Shown here: piece after piece, positions 21,501 through 28,258 of the stretch
Layout: the number at the start of each line of letters is the position of its first letter
How positions within the stretch are numbered: position 1 is the stretch's first letter
Virus record (IMG/VR): IMGVR_UViG_3300005805_000047
Coordinates: 32,001 to 96,000 of that record
Direction: 5' to 3' (one strand)
DNA from: a virus
Length of the DNA: 64,000 nt
The notes under the pieces: model-generated
What the model was told of the DNA's origin: nothing
Seen by the model: the letters and a program-made list of their open reading frames with translations, nothing else
Database searches by the model: none
Made by a program: the position numbers and the translations under genes

Positions 21501-24500
21501 CCAACTTGAATGGGATGATTTTGAAGTTGACCTTGAAAGTCTGAGCATCGAAGAACGTCAAAAACTTATTGATGCGGTAAAAGAGAAAAAGAATTGGATT
21601 CTTGAAACAGCACAAAAAAATGCGAGAGAGTTGGGTTTTTCAGAAATTCCAAACGAAAGAGATCTTCAAAAAGCAATCAGGGACAGTAACGCTGCCGCCA
21701 GAAAGCCAATTGAGGATATGAGGAATGAAGTCGCTAAAAAGTTCCCGAAAGTTCGCGTCCCAGAGGAACCCTCAAAGAGATCTTCGCTTTATGGTATCCG
21801 TAATGAAAAGGGTCAATTCCTTGAACTTGAAGAGTTGGCCACTGGGTGGGCAGAAGAAATACGGGTTGCCAAAGCTGAATCAGCAGCGCAAAGAGCTGAA
21901 CTGAATGCCCAATTGAACCGCGGCGACCAAAATCTTGAGGATGGCTTCGCCTCAAGGTATTCACGGTACGAGGGTGGCTGGGATGCAGTTGCTGAGTCCA
22001 GTGAAATGCCAAACCGACCAGAACGAGCAACCCCAATGTGGGACGACCTGGATGAGGATCAGCAGAACGAGTTCATCCACGAAGTGGATTACGACTACAT
22101 GTACGACAACCACTTCGGTCTCGGTGATGATGGAATCGTTGAGGCCATGGAAGATGGAAAATATGACGATGCGATAAGCGAACACGCGCAAATGGTGTGG
22201 GACACAATCGCTGAAAGAAAAGAAAAGAAACGCTTGATTGATGCGGTTACTGCAACTGGGGTAGATCCAGAAATGGCAGGACCAATTGCCGATTACTGGT
22301 TCAACAGCGATGGCATACACGACAAGTACATGAAGAGGAGTAACGGCGACCTCGGTAAAGCAATGGAAGTTGCCTACGAGGATTATCTCAGTGCGTTGGC
22401 AGACATGCAGGAAGATGGCTTTGCCTCTCGCGGTTCTGCAACAAAACCATCCGTTGATGCTGAAACACAGAAAATTATTGAAGGTGCATCGCTTGGTCAA
22501 TTAGCAGAAATGATTCAGGACGATTTGGCTGATCAAGGAAAGGAAATGTACTTCGGAGCAGTTCCCTATATTGATGCCCTATCCACCATGGATTCCATGG
22601 ATGACCGATATGGCGCCGATTCAGCACAAAGTGTCGTTGCCTATGCGCTGAGCAACCTTCAGACCTACAAGGGCGCCAAGGCGCGAGCAATTAAGGCAGA
22701 ACTCAAGAAGCGACTTGATGAAAAAGTCAACAGAGATGGCTTTGCCTCGCGTTCAAGTGGCACAGATTGGGGTCCATTGGCTGGAGAGGTTGCTCCTGCA
22801 AGACCACTTAGGATTGAAACTGAATGGTTGAATTTTGAGGATTTAGACCCAGAAGAGCAAGATCAACTCATTCGAGATGGCATTGAGAACATTGACCGAG
22901 TGGCTCAACCAGACATTGACCTAGAAGCTGAGAGGGACTTCATAATTGAGGAATATGACCGTGAAGCCAGAGCGGCCCGATCCGATGCGGCCGAATCACT
23001 GCTGAAAGAAATATACGAACTCTGGGACCAAGATGCTGATGCCGATAATATTTTCCAAAAAAACGGCAACCTTGCCTACGCAGAAGAACTAGTCAAGAAC
23101 GGAGACTATGTTGAAGATTATGAACTTGCTGAAGCAAGAAATATTGTGGATGAAGTCAGAGAGCGATGGGAAGAGCGTAAAAAGAATTCAGTAGATGACG
23201 AACCCTCGGACATAGACGACGAAGACAGCGATGGCTTTGCTTCTCGTATGCCCAATGATGGCGAACGACTCATGAGGAGAGGGAATAGGGACTTCCTATC
23301 CGATGAGTTCTCGCCACGTGAATATAGGCAGGCAATGAGTGGGTTGGACAAGGTCAGGAATAACACCGGGTCTCCTGTTACCACAGAGGAGAATGCCGCC
23401 ATCAGGAAACTTGCCGACCTCTATCGCGCGAGACCAAAGACAACGCGAAATGAACGAGATGCAATCAACGATGTAGTAAACAGTCTTAATAGTTACAGAT
23501 CTCGCCGAAGTGGTAACGAAGGCTTTGCCTCACGCGGTGGTCGCACGGAACAGATTGATGTACGCAATTCCAGTGCCGTCGAGCAGGTCACCTATGATCC
23601 ATTGAAAGAGGAACTTCTCGTCGTCTATAGCGGCAACAGAGGATACATCTACGAGGGTGTCACTCGTGGCGAGGCAGATGCACTGATTGATGCCCCAAGT
23701 AAGGGGGGCGCAATCAATGGCATCAAGGCAACACACTCGTTCCGCAAGGCATCCGATTCGGATGTTATGGACTTTGATATTGATCCAGTTGCTGTCCGCA
23801 AGGCAGAAGTTGATGCAAACTGGGAAAGGCTTCCTAGTTCCGACAAGGAGCAATACCTCAGGCGCGCGACCAATGCCGGCATAGCCGACGGAACCGGTGA
23901 ATCTGCTGATGAACTGTTGTCCGCCGCCAAGTTGCGAGCCATGGACGACAGAGAACTGGCAATGCTTGAACGTGAAGCAATCGGCAGGGGTGAATCCTCA
24001 TCGCGCCGAATTGATGTCTCATCTAGCTCTGCGCTCAACTACGTGGACTACGACGAAAAGACGAGAACACTAAGTGTTGAGTTCCGTGGACGAGATGGCA
24101 ATGGGAATGGAACTCTTTACAACTACCAAGGTGTTGAACCAGACGTGGTTGACGAACTTGAGAACTCAGACAGTCGCGGTGCGACCATGCGTAGAATCAG
24201 GGACAATTACGAGTTTACGACGAGCGAGAGACTGCCACAGTCTGCATACGAGGGTCTTTCATCGCGCAGTGAGACGGACAGACTCGCCGCTTGGAAGCCA
24301 GTAAACCAAGATCTCAGAAGCCTGAGAGATCGAGTCAAAGGTAACGAAATCAATGATGGCTTGATTGGTATTGGGGATGCAGAGGTGAGGCCAGGTAGTG
24401 ACTTCTATAGGGCTCGTCGGAGAGCATACATGGGCCTCATGGATGAACTTGAAGAAATAATCGCCAATGCAAAAGAAGAGGGAAACCTTGACTTGGTTGG

Positions 24501-26772
24501 GCCGACAGAGAAGTCAAGGGGTCGATTTGAGAGGCTCATCAATGCAGGTGACTGGGCACAGGCCAGATTCCACATGATAGGAGAAATTGCCTCAGTTCGA
24601 GAATCAAGAGCCAGTGCAGAAAACGGCTTTGCCTCGCGGGGTGGTCGCAAGTCAACCGAAGAGTACAAAAAGATAGTTGACTCATTGCCAGATCCGACCG
24701 AGCGTCCGAACAAGAACAGATACATGCAGGCAGCCGATGGTGCTCGCAATGTTGTTGAGGACAGGTATGCACTTATTCATGCTCGTCGCAGAATAGCCAA
24801 AGAGATGGCAGAAGCAAACGGCGTGGAGTGGAAAGACGGCGTAGACATCTTTGATGTTACCAACGGCGATGATGATGATTTAGAAATCTTGATGGATCTT
24901 GACAACAGGATTGAAGAACTCAATAAGTACGTCACTGCCAATGACAAGGAATATAGGCGAGTTCGCAACATGGAACAGTTGGTGCTCCAGAAGGACTCCG
25001 AATTGTCTGACATCAAAGACGGAATAGACCTCGCACTTGAAGAGTACGAAATTACCGAACAAGACATTAGGGAATATTCGGGCGAAAATGCCAAGGAATG
25101 GTTCACCACAACACCAGAGGAAAATACAAACGAATTGGCAAAAAGCCTAAGAGGCAGATTGCTGGATCTGAATAATCATGAGGATGAAAACGACAATACT
25201 TCTCTCTCCAGAGAATATTCGGAAGATATCACCAAAGTCATAAAGTTAATCAGAAATGGAACGCCGGAAGATTTGCGTGAAGCCGCAGAAACAATGCAGG
25301 AAATTATCGGTAAGCAGAGAAGCGATTATCAAGACCGATACAAGTCCTACGAGTATGAAGGCGACGAACTAATTGACTCTGGTTACCGTTCAGTTCCATT
25401 TTTTGACGAGGAATCTGACCTTGACTTGGATGGGGAAGATGATTGGGACTACTCGCAAGAGATAGATGAAGAAGATGGAAGATTGAATGTAATTGCCGAT
25501 GAACTCTACGGTCCTGAGCCAAAGGACAAGGAGACGGTTGACGAGTACATGTCAATGAGTACGGAGGATGGTTTTGCTTCGGGTGGTCGTCGTCGCCCAG
25601 GTCGCCGCAATCAGGGTGGCAACGGCCAACGTATGGCTCCTACGACTCGCTATTCTGATGAAGATAGGCAGAACTTGGCCGATAGGAACATCCTTAGGTC
25701 TCGTAAGCGTCCTGCCAAACGGCGTCAACCACCGGATCAGTCTGAGTGGGAGGGTTTTGCCTCAACGAACCTAATTGACGATGATGTCAATGATATGGCC
25801 ACTGACCCGCGCGGTGCATTTGAGGGTGGCGAACACGGGCCAGGCAAAGATATCTCTCTACGGAAGATGTGGGAAAACATCCGTAGGTCAGGAGAGAATA
25901 ACGAGTGGTTTTCTGAATCAATGAGAGCAGAAGACTTGGCGAGAGATTTGAATATTCCTCGAAATGTCGCACAGGCACTACTTGATGCCAGACCACAATC
26001 TGGTCGACCTGAAATGTTCATTGACAATCCGTATCTGGCCGACACTCTTAGCCAAAGAATAGGCATGAGTAGAACTCGTTTGTTTGGATTTGACCCACTT
26101 AAGTATTACGACGATGAGGGCAACCCAGCATCCACACCAGAAGAGATTGATGCGGCCATAGAATCTGAGCGAGCACGACGTGCGGCGAGACTTGCCGCCC
26201 GAGAAGGTCGCAGAACCGGCAAGGGAGATCTCTATCGCGGTGAATCATCCAATGTTGATGTCCGTGACCTTGAGTCAAAACTCAACATAAAGTTGACCGA
26301 CGATAACGGGGATCTCCTTAAGCCAACTGCCCTTGAGAGAGCGGCACGAGATACTGGTCTGGGTTGGAGTCTTGAGAAGTGGCGTCGCATCCACAGCAGG
26401 GGTGGTGCGTTGACACCGCAAGATATTGAGAAACTTGTCGAGCGTGGGATTCTTGGCAAAGAGGCAATGCCGGAAAGGGGAGACCTTTCTTTTGGGGAGG
26501 TATTCCAGTGGCCAGGGTTTGCAGACCTAGGGTCAAGCAGAATCATTGATGCCCTTTCAGAAACCCTCGGATTGAGCAGGGACGAGATAATGAAACAGCG
26601 TCGAACAATCCAGCAAGCCCTTGCCCTTGCCAACAAGGGTCAGAGAAAGACAATATCCACAAGGAATTTACAGCAAGGGAAACTCAAATTGACCAGAGCC
26701 AAGATTGCAGAACTTGCCGAAAGACTTGGCCTTGATGCTTCTGAGTTTGACCGCTGGTTCAGTGGCGAGTAA
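12076..26772 (+). CDS. giant 4,898-aa prohead protease-fused multidomain polyprotein (S78 protease, ArdC, 6x KTSC, DUF2958, ~23 GFAS linkers)
   Basis: Uninterrupted ORF in the prohead protease gene position; domains recognised by motif, see sub-features. Confidence 0.9.
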   Translation: MMDNLLFKSGNSGQVNIDEAQGIVECFVAGIGNKDSVGDVVISGAFAKSLLRRKPRVVWGHSWNDPIGKVLEMYEVPIGDYRLPAKMRNAGIGGLYAKVQFNLNSEKGKEAFATVAFFGEDQEWSIGYKTIDSVFDPNLQANILKEVELYEVSPVLHGANQLTGTISIKGDEKGHMPIIPMPGMGATMMQEMPRIVVIAAPQDGANESSEGDPFAAGMSQELSQPDKMALQAELTERTGSKIEVMNATENTVVFRRTTQDGKASMYRLPYHREGDQYMFGKPEPYTANNPTPQPMQNIEQKPGAPVVVPNGGIAYRNDDQQEMLSMFSNENMVQSPWGKSDVSHLIELPESYMASAKDFISPVLRHHKLAARPNAKGIVIDGLLTANALDALQNAVKALGATLGQTSGNIGQAIGKIRDLAQTFNPYALDGDGDGFVQDGSAFQRPYIPIKKPGFDLPDVRGRKRSGDVLLDKPRSTPKLPKDKNTWTRAQRNEALLAGIVEPETREDVSFLANRRPENEGLAKYWDMSESDLTKEGNRLVNSRRQSTGAEKEKIDEELLKVSHEFQRRASYAETFGQEFVPPAKREVPEAMVPEADKPKPAKPGRTEAEGLASAGKVFDALNTDDLTDGKGYRKWEDLDDDEKLEMFQEVQYDYLYENYGNLGDDGLVEAMEDPRYDDEILEHAEMVYDKIKAKREEDGDMAADSAMDRAREEDGFGSRGEEPDADSLAQRDRERALDEQADAALDRALEGFIDKYGEDEFDKLTAEEQDILLEQGRDQARGLASSGSKLHTNTDVLMEIARRDGWRGGDKQPPVRSYRKAQEALDDWNKLSLEERNSLLDNDEPTIKEFVDALLKARDNRLAGIRSVQAERRNAERKRRAAEEKLKRQFARGDTSGVDTSALADYFPEDEYGNLGRSGREYVDAVLTNWAEMSQADRDKAIRDNRTIVEDPDSVVETLRDALSEYGYKNPKIAQFLDEAEAEADMLEMSGFESRGEGKFGSNPEDSKAAQIFDAILDKYWKMWGFDVPDADDKGWDEPFGFASLGNDEEVKQSKLDELVGGVRERLIAELETADPATWRPSWRNDSLPINPITGKPYRGFNAFWLMMRTSGENYRTGRFAGFNQLKARGAQVRKGEKGVPILRPQLVKKEDEDGNIKEFVVFRGATVFNIDQADGGDEALRAIPADLPESQRIAILDETLKELGVSVRTENITPHYNPDGDYISMPDFSKGTSPLEWTSTLAHEAVHWTGHKSRLDRPSLRDYSSDKKVRAYEELVAEIGSAMLLAAHGIDAPFRQDHAPYIKGWVSLLKDDPDALGNAFKDAQAAVNHMLEKSPNLRKLFGGLDNGKKAPDVDASTEVNVPVGASEGFASLHRVRTPGSEALAGVLYDDNSGELMVGFLKGKSWDDLGDDERIAWIDRVNAGRAEVGGYKRPLNDSEIDDLAREAYEDARDVGWYVYEGVTMEEVQELAAVKSKGRHINALKKLKKARKASDEDQFNFFGRSERVQDVAKTKQTDGFSSRGGNDNMIVERDPRTGYITISAMVTGDRGASEENRGTRRMRVIVAGGSIAEAKRNFRNRMKEDKVSFAGDSDGFASRGPAEPNEGLRRHKLMPVDIRERMPELYSTEDVDTEDKILAVKFFSPYSNWTWYGVEFDGEDTFFGYVEGFEKEWGNFSLSELAGAQLGNGIPAVERDMSFRPTKFEDLNGEGMPTITEDGFASGGSKRIGIEPQYNDPRWIDKTQQRILKQNTDWNSLSHDDQIDWANSFLDEYLRENEMGHGLSDVANGRRLTGRPDIDLLNYAEDAYSKMSDAHMRRRAQFGETDEGFSSVGRRTRRLGTKPSDAVDYVAWDPETESLFVAYKRGDGRSQMYVYEGVNSDEALAVENADSLGKAINAIKRAKNVRQATPEEVMGLADTDKREASETRKRLARLVLEETRDALKGMEVEFLSDTEINVSDGSEKMVRVSLDPDTLEFTVSKIRTIRGGREEPDDEELYDSESALSAGDVRTLTGLFMNDLQKDLDEESRLEREIDDARRELDMAGDAPGVENVDVTYSTALDAVDYNPSTQELRVSYKDGGTYIYEGVDRTAFEEFKSAPSKGRAMNDIKRAHPYRKDSEWTGGVDEDRGIEEFDVRGSEAVEKVTYDPSKEELTVVYSGGKGYVYTAVTREEADAVRSAPSKGRAINDVKRTHDVRKADAPVEERPTGSRGISPDVSKGKSFDERLELLEKLTQEEDDLADRLSGEFDGANPKGDYLTRGDAQGSATATSRKKYGTDAFKLLNDLFSSATPAEREKIREWFDGREKRMSAERAARTSRTIDPAPTAAPKMPTRKPPRGGKRVRNRNVVIEMEQGTLDEIMEAESKNITVDALRDAAGSVNGKYTKGPRKGKNRGSDTITVRDAETGELLHANEILLTSSVMRGSPTAANRKRGYIRARSYAGRQGHNITKDEGPSLRGEGRGMTDYDKRVYGLGSDEKNREYGLASRSSLDRLLTEPTPQEEVESFQRYLDSEYGEYFMDYTQMDDEELKKTLMQRYRMSRSEANATARQIRKDQDTLDELYMAADDAGFDSRGGRELVVPDEYRMYGVTKDALLDELYSEDLDEDEAERIADYWAQSDGLWDKYLDRAISNNEGNVLRAVSDAAQQAYEDYLSASADSLEQRRLDGFASRGQRLGEIRPMETAGNNWIESARLAEPLDIINLEDDDAREKFEEALIEAGVLDRINTSEYMDDVYERILVFAPDTDNGIMEAASGNQARNAPRTRYIVPTKDNKYAIVEFSGDYDGAPDGPPGYYPNYEVVDTAPSIGSAIRNVQKREQNDIGAPTGRAGGRTSEEGFTSSSYESDAEFLTRRAKEREDVLNAPVVKGEKSPLLDMSPYSAFDAFYGGGSKFIRRSEQTYDIYGPVSMPIAQQDSAFHTGFADQIVKDFSRSNLTIDELADRFDITPTQVQEVLLDAKANMLDLERLREKQKKTSLRSTEESDIRAGERVEKIFVGDRKHTDIPELTGEALARREQRLAHRRALAENDAIREKEGAALKELERTTEYRDAESNYSRAQTYNRQHEYWIGKGIELQENIDNLKETDDLSLLTTSALNGEDVLDILKEINEDWDLDFRDPTADWYENDYGTLVDWDGEEVSYDQLEWDDFEVDLESLSIEERQKLIDAVKEKKNWILETAQKNARELGFSEIPNERDLQKAIRDSNAAARKPIEDMRNEVAKKFPKVRVPEEPSKRSSLYGIRNEKGQFLELEELATGWAEEIRVAKAESAAQRAELNAQLNRGDQNLEDGFASRYSRYEGGWDAVAESSEMPNRPERATPMWDDLDEDQQNEFIHEVDYDYMYDNHFGLGDDGIVEAMEDGKYDDAISEHAQMVWDTIAERKEKKRLIDAVTATGVDPEMAGPIADYWFNSDGIHDKYMKRSNGDLGKAMEVAYEDYLSALADMQEDGFASRGSATKPSVDAETQKIIEGASLGQLAEMIQDDLADQGKEMYFGAVPYIDALSTMDSMDDRYGADSAQSVVAYALSNLQTYKGAKARAIKAELKKRLDEKVNRDGFASRSSGTDWGPLAGEVAPARPLRIETEWLNFEDLDPEEQDQLIRDGIENIDRVAQPDIDLEAERDFIIEEYDREARAARSDAAESLLKEIYELWDQDADADNIFQKNGNLAYAEELVKNGDYVEDYELAEARNIVDEVRERWEERKKNSVDDEPSDIDDEDSDGFASRMPNDGERLMRRGNRDFLSDEFSPREYRQAMSGLDKVRNNTGSPVTTEENAAIRKLADLYRARPKTTRNERDAINDVVNSLNSYRSRRSGNEGFASRGGRTEQIDVRNSSAVEQVTYDPLKEELLVVYSGNRGYIYEGVTRGEADALIDAPSKGGAINGIKATHSFRKASDSDVMDFDIDPVAVRKAEVDANWERLPSSDKEQYLRRATNAGIADGTGESADELLSAAKLRAMDDRELAMLEREAIGRGESSSRRIDVSSSSALNYVDYDEKTRTLSVEFRGRDGNGNGTLYNYQGVEPDVVDELENSDSRGATMRRIRDNYEFTTSERLPQSAYEGLSSRSETDRLAAWKPVNQDLRSLRDRVKGNEINDGLIGIGDAEVRPGSDFYRARRRAYMGLMDELEEIIANAKEEGNLDLVGPTEKSRGRFERLINAGDWAQARFHMIGEIASVRESRASAENGFASRGGRKSTEEYKKIVDSLPDPTERPNKNRYMQAADGARNVVEDRYALIHARRRIAKEMAEANGVEWKDGVDIFDVTNGDDDDLEILMDLDNRIEELNKYVTANDKEYRRVRNMEQLVLQKDSELSDIKDGIDLALEEYEITEQDIREYSGENAKEWFTTTPEENTNELAKSLRGRLLDLNNHEDENDNTSLSREYSEDITKVIKLIRNGTPEDLREAAETMQEIIGKQRSDYQDRYKSYEYEGDELIDSGYRSVPFFDEESDLDLDGEDDWDYSQEIDEEDGRLNVIADELYGPEPKDKETVDEYMSMSTEDGFASGGRRRPGRRNQGGNGQRMAPTTRYSDEDRQNLADRNILRSRKRPAKRRQPPDQSEWEGFASTNLIDDDVNDMATDPRGAFEGGEHGPGKDISLRKMWENIRRSGENNEWFSESMRAEDLARDLNIPRNVAQALLDARPQSGRPEMFIDNPYLADTLSQRIGMSRTRLFGFDPLKYYDDEGNPASTPEEIDAAIESERARRAARLAAREGRRTGKGDLYRGESSNVDVRDLESKLNIKLTDDNGDLLKPTALERAARDTGLGWSLEKWRRIHSRGGALTPQDIEKLVERGILGKEAMPERGDLSFGEVFQWPGFADLGSSRIIDALSETLGLSRDEIMKQRRTIQQALALANKGQRKTISTRNLQQGKLKLTRAKIAELAERLGLDASEFDRWFSGE
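15214..16100 (+). other. ardC: ArdC antirestriction module (ArdC-N/DUF1738 ssDNA-binding plus zincin-like MPTase) within the giant protein
   Basis: W..SW, PINPITGKPYRGFN, FNQ....GAQVRKGEKG, VFNIDQ, HEAVHWTGHKSRLDR (15808), YEELVAEIGSA. Confidence 0.9.
16201..24213 (+). repeat. six dispersed KTSC domains in the giant protein (~16201-16540 split, 17602-17780, 18232-18420, 18475-18660, 23554-23740, 24010-24213)
   Basis: Each matches S.A(V/L)..V.Y(D/N)....EL.V.(Y/F)..G..Y.Y.GV.......L..A.SKG...N. Confidence 0.85.
16912..17190 (+). other. DUF2958-like module within the giant protein
   Basis: VKFFSPYSNWTWY..EFDGED.FFGYV.G.EKEWG.FSLSEL...ERD..F.P. Confidence 0.8.
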
Positions 26773-26821
26773 CCGAGTGCTAATGTTGATTGTGAATATT
26801 TCGTTGAAGGGATTTTGCTAA

Positions 26822-28255
26822 ATGAGCATGACAGAGGACGCAGTACCTACGGTAAGTGTTGATGCTGAAGGTGGCATTCTTGGCTGTGCCAAGGGTGTTG
26901 ACATTGCTCAGTGTGGCTACGTCAAGGGCGACAAGGTTTGTGGCAAATGTGGTGCCGTTCCCGTTGAGATGAAGGTTATGCCTGCATCTGTTGCGGCGGA
27001 GTTGCTTGCAAAGGCGGCCAAGTTGGATGAAGAGCTCACCAAAAAGCAAACTACCCCAAAGCCAACTAAGCCAGTTCGCAAAGTGCAAATGGAAGATGCT
27101 GACTCCGATGAAGAAGAGGCCATGGAGGTCGAAGCAGAAGTGGCCGACGAAGAGGCAATGGAAGAAGATGACGAGATGCTGGATGCCGTAGAGGTTAATC
27201 CAGAAGTACCAGAGGCAGATGAAGAGGACGACGAGGACGAAGAAGATCAAGAAGAAATGGCTGAAACATCCGACGAAGAAGAGATGGAGGATGACGAGGA
27301 AGAGGAAGATGACGAAAATGAAATGTCAGCTAACCCTCAGTCGCTTCTGGACAAATTTCGCAAAGCCAGACTTCAGCAAATTGGCGTAAAGTCGGCAGAC
27401 GTTGGCGAGCATGGCTACAAGTGCGCAATGGATGGAAAGGTTTATGCAGGAGGAACACCTCCGTGCGCCGATTGCAGTGGTGGTTGCTTTGGGACCAAGG
27501 GTCAAGTAACGATTCTTCATGCCGAAGGAATTTCTCAAACCCTTGTCAAGGGCGATGTTGTTGATTCTGCCTACATAGACAAAGCAGATATGTTCGTCAC
27601 GACAATTCGTCGCAAAGACGGAAAAATGTTTGACGTTTATGTTGATTCTGTTGGGGAAATTCGAGGACACAACCTTATTGACTCCAGCACAATTTACGAT
27701 CCCTCTGTTGATGATTTGACAATGGTGACATTTGATGAAGCGGCAAATATTGCGATAATGCACCTACAGCGCAAAGACGCCGAAGTGGTGAGCATTCAGC
27801 CAGCTGCATTTGAGGGTCACGAGGCATATGTGGTTGACATTCAGTGCAAGACCGGAGAGAGCTACGATGTGTTCGTAGGTATTGATGGAACATTGCTCGG
27901 CTACGAAACACTTCAAGAGCCAGACATTGAGGAAATTGAAGCAGAAGCCGCCGAAATAGCACTGAAATCGGCCTATCCATATGCCGTAAGGTCAGAACTC
28001 GCTAAAGCAGGCATAGCAATGCCGGATGGTTCTTTCCCCATACTTGCTCATAACGATTTGCTAAATGCAATACAAGCATCAAAGCGCGCGACAAACAAAA
28101 AAGAAGTCAGAGAGCACATTATTCTTAGGGCAAAGACGATTGGGTACGAGAATTCAGTACCGTCATCGTGGGTGGAAATCGGCGCCGCTGAGATTCAGGG
28201 AAGCCTCGAGGAATTCGACAGGCTCCTTGAGGAGCTTGACACGGACAAGGAGTAA
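26822..28255 (+). CDS. head-associated protein: Cys clusters, long acidic tract, two PepSY-like repeats, C-terminal PDGSFPI domain
   Basis: CGKCG, poly-D/E, VTFDEAANIA...VVSI......AYVVDI....G.SYDVFV..DG.LLG. Confidence 0.7.
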   Translation: MSMTEDAVPTVSVDAEGGILGCAKGVDIAQCGYVKGDKVCGKCGAVPVEMKVMPASVAAELLAKAAKLDEELTKKQTTPKPTKPVRKVQMEDADSDEEEAMEVEAEVADEEAMEEDDEMLDAVEVNPEVPEADEEDDEDEEDQEEMAETSDEEEMEDDEEEEDDENEMSANPQSLLDKFRKARLQQIGVKSADVGEHGYKCAMDGKVYAGGTPPCADCSGGCFGTKGQVTILHAEGISQTLVKGDVVDSAYIDKADMFVTTIRRKDGKMFDVYVDSVGEIRGHNLIDSSTIYDPSVDDLTMVTFDEAANIAIMHLQRKDAEVVSIQPAAFEGHEAYVVDIQCKTGESYDVFVGIDGTLLGYETLQEPDIEEIEAEAAEIALKSAYPYAVRSELAKAGIAMPDGSFPILAHNDLLNAIQASKRATNKKEVREHIILRAKTIGYENSVPSSWVEIGAAEIQGSLEEFDRLLEELDTDKE

Positions 28256-28258
28256 CCC

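Larger units (their letters stand above)
13903..25767 (+). repeat. ~23 dispersed G-[F/L]-x-S (consensus [D/E]GFASR) peptide linkers
   Basis: Read directly from the translation; positions listed in findings. Confidence 0.92.

Noticed and set aside
13903-25767. GFAS repeats as a CRISPR-like or other DNA repeat array
   Set aside because: Spacing is irregular (150 bp to ~2 kb), all copies are in frame and codons vary synonymously; conservation is mainly at the peptide level
20833-26530. TGFADQ, LGFSEI and PGFADL as additional linkers
   Set aside because: They lack the Ser at the fourth motif position and are not at evident domain borders, so they were not counted
12076-26772. Giant ORF as tape measure protein or as an assembly artefact fusing separate genes
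   Set aside because: It begins with a prohead protease and lacks tape-measure periodicity; a 14.7 kb stop-free frame with consistent linkers is unlikely to come from misassembly
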